Translations under genes and position numbers: made by a program | Shown here: positions 55,913-64,000 of the stretch, one piece after another | How positions within the stretch are numbered: the first letter of the stretch is position 1 | Layout: the number at the start of each line of letters is the position of its first letter | Source of the DNA: Octopus vulgaris | Taxonomy: Eukaryota | Reading direction: 5' to 3' | Length of the DNA stretch: 64,000 nucleotides | NCBI GenBank assembly: GCA_951406725.2 | Contig: OX597831.1 | Span: forward strand, 9,858,001 to 9,922,000 | The notes under the pieces: model-generated | The model's input: only the letters and a program-made list of their open reading frames with translations | The model's database searches: none | What the model was told of the DNA's origin: nothing

Positions 55913-56072
55913 CCAAGACTTCATAACGACCTCGAACCCACAAGAGTAAATAAGAGAGACAGAGAAGGGAGAAACAAGGAAAATTCCACGTGTATTTGAA
56001 CACTATGCAAATATCCTTTTAGACAAAACTGTTCTTTTAATGTTTCCAAAATTTAATTATCTCCCATACTTA

Positions 56073-56108
56073 CAGTTGAAAAATGCTCAATGACTGAAAC
56101 CGGTACTG
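56073..56108 (+). ncRNA. Degenerate HHR-like motif downstream of the PLE ORF (putative pLTR)
   Basis: CAG-TTGAAAA...GAAA-CCGG-TA-CTG, with palindromic ACCGGT and a GTA triplet; the core is mutated. Confidence 0.4.
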
Positions 56109-56217
56109 AAATGTCTTTTATAAAATTATGTTAGCATTTTCGTTCCTGACTTTTTTCCATATATATCAATTCGTGTATTCCTTTTCAAACTTCTACACAC
56201 GCACACACATACACACA

Positions 56218-56311
<94 letters not shown>

Positions 56312-56453
56312 AGACAGGGAAGGAGACTGAAAGAGAGTGAGAGATAAAAGACAGAGAAGAGGGCCAGAGAAAGAAGTGCTTATTTTTATATTTCAATACG
56401 TATATATACATATGCATATGCAGTTATATGCATAGTTATAATTACACTTATAA

Positions 56454-56506
<53 letters not shown>

Positions 56507-57135
56507 GGGGGGGTATGGATGCATACATGTAGAGACATATTAAGACATTTTATACGTGAACTAGTAAGGAATTAAACGAAAGTTTTCTTAACTTTTCACG
56601 TGACGTAAAACAAGCCTTGTGATTGGTTTTGAATTTTAAATATTAATTAAGGGAAATGTAGACCGAATGGATAGTTTTCAAATGAAAATATGCCATACTT
56701 GTCTACCAGAGATAATTAATAATATTTAGAGAAGGTTATTTTCCCTGTCTTAACCTGGTGTCATGTAATTACCATACTAAAAACGATTTTTCATCTTTTT
56801 CAGAATTAATGCGTAAATAATGTTGTTCTTAATAGAAGCTTTGGATAATGAATTGCTATATTTTAATTAGCGTCATTCCAACTTTTATTGTTGCCCCATT
56901 TCCTTCAAAACTTTTCGACAAAAATTCAATTCATGTCTATAATTTAAATGTAAGACATAATCGTTCTGCAAACTGTGTTAATTGAATATAATGTCTGTTT
57001 CTCTGTCTGTCCGACGCTCTCTCCCTCTGACTTCCTCTCTCACACATACAACGTCTGCTTCTCTGTATCTTTCTTTTATACACATATAGGCATATGTGCG
57101 TATACATGCTTACATTCACCATGCATATATTTATA

Positions 57136-57179
<44 letters not shown>

Positions 57180-57877
57180 AGTGTGCATGTGTAGATATGT
57201 ATTTGCAATCGGTAATGACGTGGCCAACTTCTCTTTACTTCTCTTTACTCATAAAAACTACTGAACTCCTAACGAACGGTAGAAAGAAACTCGATAAAAG
57301 TTATATATCTCCAAATAACGCCAGTGTTTATCTATTTCAAAATATATTACCTATGGATATTCTTGAATTTTTTTTATGTTAAAGACGACTGTCTGTCCTT
57401 TACTAATTTAATTTGATTTGATAATATATATCTTGTTGAGTTGGAGCAAAAATATTTGTGTGTGTGTGTGCGTGTGTTTTTTACTTAATCTATCTAAATT
57501 TTATGTCTTCTTGAACAGCTCTACCATAAAAGAACCTAAATCTTATCTTCCTGGCATCTTGCGTCTTACTCTCAGATTATCACACATAATCTGTTTCAGT
57601 TAAAAAGCAGTTTATTATAATTGGTTTAAAGAGTGTCTTTTTTTACAAAATTATAGGCAAGCAATAGATAACGGAAAATATCCCATGAAACTTTTTTTTA
57701 TTACAGGTTGAAAATTACATATCTATAGGGCCTGCTGTAGAAGGTGTTTGTGCTGCAACATATAGCACGAATTGCACCTCAACACATAACAGAAACTCTT
57801 GCAATCTTCATTAATATACAAGGTTTAAAAAAAAAACTAATAGAGTTTTTGGGACGTTTTTAGTGAACAGCCTAAAA

Positions 57878-59349
57878 TTTGAATGGCGGCGAAATTTCAC
57901 CCATTAACTAGCTTTGCTGCATAGGCTCCATTAGTGTTTGTCAGGGATATTACTAATTTCCTCTTGTCTCTTTGTTTATAATTACACAACCCCATTGACT
58001 CTATATTTTGCATATAATTCCTTAAATAAATCTTGTACTTTAAAACACTCACGCAATCTTGAGATATTTACCTAAATGGTGCTAACGTTTCTGTATTTCA
58101 TATTAACAGGTCGCTTTCCTATTATTGGTTACTTATGTTCCAACGTCTGTTTAGACAAAACACCCTCACGGTTTTTAACGGGTATTTTAGATTTTGAGCT
58201 TTTGTTTCACGGCATTAGCCTGTAACAGACAGACATGTTTTGAGGCATTAGGCCAACTACAACCAAATTAAATTTCCACTACATGGGCGAGCTGAACAGT
58301 TCCTGGCTTCCCGTAAAATTGGCAGGAGGATCAGTTATGATATCATTCAACATATACTCCTCTCATATTCGCAGTTCTTACAACATTCCTTCAGTTTTTC
58401 TAAGGCCTGCAAAAGAATTCCGAAGTTTTCGTCTCCAGCGAGGCTTTTCGCGATGCCCTTAAAGCTAGGAATGTTTCAGCAATCCCTCGTAATTACCATT
58501 GTTTCCCATTTTCTGAAAGTTGATCCCAAAATTCTTTTATTACTATCAATATTTAATTTGTTCATTATTTATTCGACTCAGGTACAAGTTTAATATCATT
58601 TTTTTGTATTGCAAATAAGTAGATTTTCATTTTGCTAAACTGAATTTCATACAATGGTTGATAGTTCCACATAATTGAAGTTATATGATAAATCTAACAC
58701 TAAACTCCGAGGTAAATGCAGATTCAGTGCTAAAAATGTTACCCTACTTGGAAGAAAATTCTGATGTGTCAGACAGGCTCTTTCATTGCATGAAATTCAG
58801 TCCACTGTTCGAATATACTGTGAGTTGAGTTTGGTTCTATAAAACTCAAACTTCAACATCTTAACATGAATCAATGGACACCGAAATATTTTCTATATAA
58901 TCTAACTACATTACGGCTCAAAACAGTCTGTTAGTCGCATTCAAGTATTATGGACGTAAAAATGAATATAGACTGAATTCCTAATTCTCTCTAATAACCG
59001 TTGTAGATTTCTGCAGGTAACGTGCTCGAAGTAAATACCATGTTAGAATAAGTTTTAAAAATGCAAATTGAAAAAAAGACAAATGAATGTTCCTAATGGC
59101 TTCGACAACCGATGCAGTCATTTGATGCGAGCGTAACTCTGTTTTGAAGACATTTTGAAATCAATTATTAAACAATTATATAGTTTATCCATATAACATC
59201 ATCTGTTGTATCGCCTCTACAGCTACTCGCTCACTGACTTAGAAGTGAACTGACATATTTGAACAGGTAATCCTAAATACACAAGGAACGAAAAGATAGA
59301 TCTAGCGGCACAGTTGCAACACATTTGTGAAATTTCGCCGCCATTCAAA
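57878..59349. repeat. Perfect 23-bp inverted repeat pair, 1.43 kb apart
   Basis: TTTGAATGGCGGCGAAATTTCAC (57878-57900) and GTGAAATTTCGCCGCCATTCAAA (59327-59349). Confidence 0.9.
58280..58491. mobile_element. Mariner-type MITE
   Basis: Degenerate TIRs TACATGGGCGAGCTGAACAGTTCCTGGCTT and revcomp TACGAGGGATTGCTGAAACATTCCTAGCTT; TA ends. Confidence 0.75.
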
Positions 59350-59380
59350 GGTTCGGATTTGACAATGCTGTTTAAAACTT

Positions 59381-59754
59381 CGTGGCACTCTGTCAGCTAC
59401 CACGACGAGGGTTCCAGTTGATCCGACCAATGGAACAGCCTGCTCGTTAAATTAACGTGTGAGTGGCTGAGCACTCCACTGACACGTATACCCTTAACAT
59501 AGTTCTTGGGGAGATTCAACGTGACACAGTGTGTGAAAAGGCTGACCCTTTGAAATACAGGTACAACAGAAACAGGAAGAAAGTGTGAGAGAATGCTGTA
59601 GTGAAAGAGTTCGCCACTATCCTCTGTCGGAGACTCTTGGAGCTTTAGGTGTTTTCGTTCGATAAGCAATCACAACGCCCGGTCTGGGAATCAAACCCGC
59701 GATCCCGCTACCACGATTGCACTGCCCTAACCACTGGGCCATTGTGCCTCCACT
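59381..59754 (-). mobile_element. SINE family B with 12-bp TSD
   Basis: TGTTTAAAACTT at 59369-59380 and 59755-59766. Confidence 0.9.
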
Positions 59755-59904
59755 TGTTTAAAACTTACACAAGCATTGAAGTAATTAACATAGGTGAGCT
59801 TTTTGAGGCTGATACCTTGTGGTATTAGAATAATGATCCCTTTGAAATTCCGCTTACAAAGCCATATTTTACCTACATTGATAATGCTGTATGGACTTTA
59901 ACAC

Positions 59905-60120
59905 AAGTTTCTAATTTCAGCAGAGGACATGCAAGTTTTGGGGGGAGGGGGGAGTCGATTACATCGATACCTGTGGTTTGGCTGGTATATATTTTATCGG
60001 CTCCGAAAGGACTAAATGCGAAGTCGACCTCTTCTCAATTTGAACTCAGAACGCAATGACGGACGAAAGCTGCTAAGCATTTTGTCTGGCATGCAAAAGA
60101 TTCTGCCATCTCGTCGCCTT
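59905..60120 (-). mobile_element. Diverged SINE A
   Basis: AGTCGATTACATCGA..AAGTCGACCTC..TTTGAACTCAGAACG..CGCCTT. Confidence 0.8.
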
Positions 60121-60649
60121 CAGTGGACGGTAATACTGGAACAAGTCTTTCAAGATCATACCATTGTAAATCCTTTGGTCGCACTTGATGTAATTGGAAT
60201 GTATGACATAAAGGTTTACACATTTCCCCAAGAGAATTCATGTGATTTGAAAACTTGTGTGAGAAGATATCATTAGGGTATAAATGGGATACGATTAAAA
60301 ACTATGAAAACCTTATACACGATAACCTGGATATCAATCATTCTATACTTCAGTATCTCTCTCAAATGCATACTTCAAACCGTAAACGTCTTGAAGAGGC
60401 TGTTTTTGGAATCCATCTACCCGAGCATATATGACACTCCCGATCTATGGTAGTTGACCTTATTCCATCTCTAATTTACAAACGCTATCTTTCTATGCAA
60501 TGTACTGCACGTATCACAATACCAGCCAACACAATCGCTACCACAAGTGTTGTAGGGCAGCGCGGATGTGACTAGGGATGTCCTACACCAAACGCTTTGG
60601 CTCCATAATACAATTTGCCGCCTGTTCTCTATGCCAGAAGTAAAATGCG

Positions 60650-60930
60650 AGAGTACTGTGCTAGATGTATTCCAGTAGAGATGCTTAAGAAGGATAATGA
60701 GAATGTACTGGTAAAACCAGATTACCAGAGAGGACATTATAAAGAGAACCAAAACAAGATTCCTCAGCGAAATCATTCACAGACCATGGATTAATGCTAG
60801 CAGGTCACATAATCTGGCTACCAAAATAACGCTGATCTTAAACAGCTTTCAAATGGACACCACCTAAAGGGGAAAGAGAGAAGAAATCCGGAAAAAGTTA
60901 CATGGCACAGAACATTTATAACGAATATGA
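60650..60930 (+). mobile_element. RTE-clade LINE ORF C-terminal remnant
   Basis: LDVFQ*RCLRRIMRMYW*NQITREDIIKRT..LSEII...AGHI...AFKWTPPKG.R. Confidence 0.75.
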
Positions 60931-63459
60931 CAGAGGCCAATATCACACGATCGGATGCAGAGAAAACTGTTGCCAAAAGATACCAGTGGAGTTAAGTTGC
61001 GCTGAAATGAGCTCGAGAAGACGGAGAAAATTGATACCCAAACAGACCGAAGTTCTATTGACTGATTTCCGTTCTTCTGTGTCAGCAACGCTGGGTATTA
61101 CAATTTCGGTAGTAAAATACGTCAATTTGTCAAAAGTAAAATAGAATTGTGTTAGTTTCGCTCTTTACCCTCCTCTGAAACGTCGGAATTCACATTTGCT
61201 AATGTCGAGTCATTTAGAATAACTGTCCTCAGGCATTTACTTTTGTGTCATGAGATATCGTGTTTGTTGTCAACAGCGTTCCTTCCACCAATTATTCTCT
61301 ACTTGTCTTTTTCTATAATAGGTTCTTTATTGAGTTATTACATCTTTGGCTAACATTTATTTGTTTTGTCCATCTTTTTTTGTTAAATCTTTTGCGGTTC
61401 TTCCATTTTTGTCTTGTTATTGCTGAACAGATGGCAGACTTATCTGCTAATAGGATTACAATGTGAATCCGAAAGATCATTTAAGAATATAGCGACGTAC
61501 ACTAAAACTAATCAGAAGTTTTTTCAAGAAAATTAAAATTGTTCACGGAAACAAAAAGAAAAAAGAAAAAAAAACAAGAAATGTAATTAGATATCGAAAA
61601 CTAAGAGTATGTTTTTTTTTTCTTGCAGACACGTCTAACGATTTTTATTTCCATCGCAAATATTTTAGTGCTCTTTCATGTAATGTCGTTTGCTTTGCCT
61701 CAAGCTTATATAAATATGTTTTTAATGCCTTGTCTCCAGAAGTTTATGGTTTCATGTAAATAATACCTCTTACATAGGCAGAAATGTCGCATTTCGTTTT
61801 TTATTGTATAAATATGTGTGGCTGCGGCTCTCGACAAGACGGCAGAGCATCTTTACAGTTCGTCGTTTCGAGGCGGCGACAGGAAAACCAGCAGAAGAGT
61901 TGCGGACATAACATACATTCCGTTTTGCTTGAAGTAGGTTACTTGCCAGAATAATGCAAAATAATTGAAGGACCTCATACTTAAGAACAGAAATTCTGAG
62001 ATTCTCAGTATGTTAAGATCTCTCATTTGGTTGGTTGTGTTGTATCACTATTTATAGAGATTTAAATTCCGTAACCAGATTCTAGAGAATGCAGTTTGTT
62101 CCAACTACATCCTCTTTAGCTAAAATTAAATATTTGTACTGACACGAAATCAATACTCAGAGTTATTGCTTTCCATTTGTTTCTGGACAATTATAGGAAC
62201 CGTTCTACTTGAGTCATTCCATCCCTTTCTATTATTTCTCTTTTATTTTTCTCGCTCGTTTCCGCTATTTCTTTTCTCGTTGTTTCGGTATTTCGTAATT
62301 TTAGCATTCATGCGCTTGTCACACAGAATCATCCTGGACAACCGTGTAAAGTATAGAAATATCAGTGGAGTTTACAGCTTCTTTATATTTTAAATTCACC
62401 TCGAACGCCTTCGTTGATCAAACACCTGAATGATCCTCAGACAAACCAACAGGTTATCCAATAACCCATATTTACTAAGCTTATTTTTCTTCCTTCATCC
62501 TACGCATATTTACAGCTTGATTGAGACCCTACTTATTTCTAGCTTCACTTTCAAATTCTCGTAAGTTCCTTTAATATGGACCTGTAACTCTTCTCTCCCT
62601 AATAGTACCATAGCAACACCATTTTCCCTCTTTTAACCTCTAAGATACCAACACCAACATATCCCATCACTTCACTGACTATCTTCCTTTGCTCGCCCCT
62701 TAGACATATACATCACTCTGGGTATCATTCATGCATCATTAATTACTAATAAATTAATTACTAATAAATTAATTACTAATAACTTCGGTTAACTCTACCC
62801 CTGTCAGCAACAGTACTATTCCCTATTTTTCCACCCAGCGACAAAGAAACAAACACGTACCGTGAAATCCCACGTTCATTACATCAAATCAACAGACCAA
62901 TCGCTTCTATGGAGAAATAAAAAGTATCTGTGCTTGTATCAAACCAAGACAACATCCTTGCTCATAAGCAGTAAACATTTATTACGCATACAGTATCAAT
63001 CGCTATTTATCGCTGTTTGCTTAAGTTTCGCTAGAGTACATGTTTCCTACACGTTGGCTTGGTCAAGCAATGCCTTATTATGTCCAGCTTATTATGAAAA
63101 GCGCATACTACAAGAAATACTATATGAAAAAAAATCAGCTAAAGGCAATAATACGATGAGATATTGTATTTCCAAAGACTGTTTAAGTATATCCTCATAT
63201 AGACCTTGTACAGTATTAAAGCAACGAACAGAATATGTATTTTAGTGTGATATGAAGAAGTATTATGGAAGTGACCGTAAATAAAAGAAATAACTGAAGA
63301 TGATACATATAACAATACAAAACAATGAAAATAACGACGATAACAACAACAGCAATAGTAATAATGCGAACAGGAGGGATTGTAAGAAAGAACACCAATA
63401 TCTAAGGAAGCTGATTGTGACCAGGTAATTAGGTATTCAACAACAACAACAATAAGCAG

Positions 63460-63666
63460 AATCCTTTCTACGAAAGGCACAGAGCCTGTAAGTTTTTTGG
63501 AGAGGGTACTAGTTGATTACATCGACCCTGGATTCTCACTGGTACCTAAATTAACCCCGAAAGGATGAAAGGCAAAGTCGAACTCGGAACACAGAACGCA
63601 AAGTCTGGCGGAATACTGCTGAGCATTTAGCTCGGCGCGCTAACGATTCTGCCAGCTCACCGCCTT
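63460..63666 (-). mobile_element. SINE A, second tail type
   Basis: CCCCGAAAGGATGAAAGGCAAAGTCG..GCTAACGATTCTGCCAGCTCACCGCCTT. Confidence 0.85.
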
Positions 63667-63837
<171 letters not shown>

Positions 63838-63838
<1 letters not shown>

Positions 63839-64000
63839 GCCCTGATGCAGTACCAGGCAGTGGCTCTCATGGCTTCTCATCTTAACTGATTGGAAGTGTT
63901 ATCATGTACATTGTTTTGTCTTCGTATAAAAGATGGGCTACAGCAAATATTCTGCTCAATACCACAGATTTGCTTGTCAGTTGTTTGACCTTAACCAGTT
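63838..64000 (-). mobile_element. Retroposon end abutting (AAT)n; runs off the window
   Basis: Same junction and sequence as 23762-23830; the strand is inferred. Confidence 0.6.

Noticed and set aside
55712-56003. Lys/Glu/Arg-rich ORFs
   Set aside because: They are translations of a (TTC)n tract.

Overview
AT-rich eukaryotic, essentially non-coding DNA (intergenic or large-intron type). The repeat families and very dense microsatellites resemble octopus (coleoid cephalopod) genomic DNA; this taxonomic call is pattern recognition and is unverified. No intact protein-coding gene is supportable, and most track ORFs are translations of microsatellites or SINEs. The window is a mosaic of three tRNA-headed SINE families (called A, B and C here), four short non-autonomous Helitrons with modular ends, decayed Tc1/mariner transposons and MITEs, 3' ends of RLE-type (R4/Dong-like) LINEs sitting in microsatellites, RTE remnants, and two Penelope-like element (PLE) remnants. 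The most notable signal is a set of unrelated short non-coding elements, mostly embedded in (TA)n/(TG)n arrays, that each carry a PLE-type minimal hammerhead ribozyme (HHR) topology. One looks intact (41621-41713), three form fold-back palindromes, and one has a tRNA-like Pol III head fused to the HHR. Coordinates of decayed repeats are approximate.
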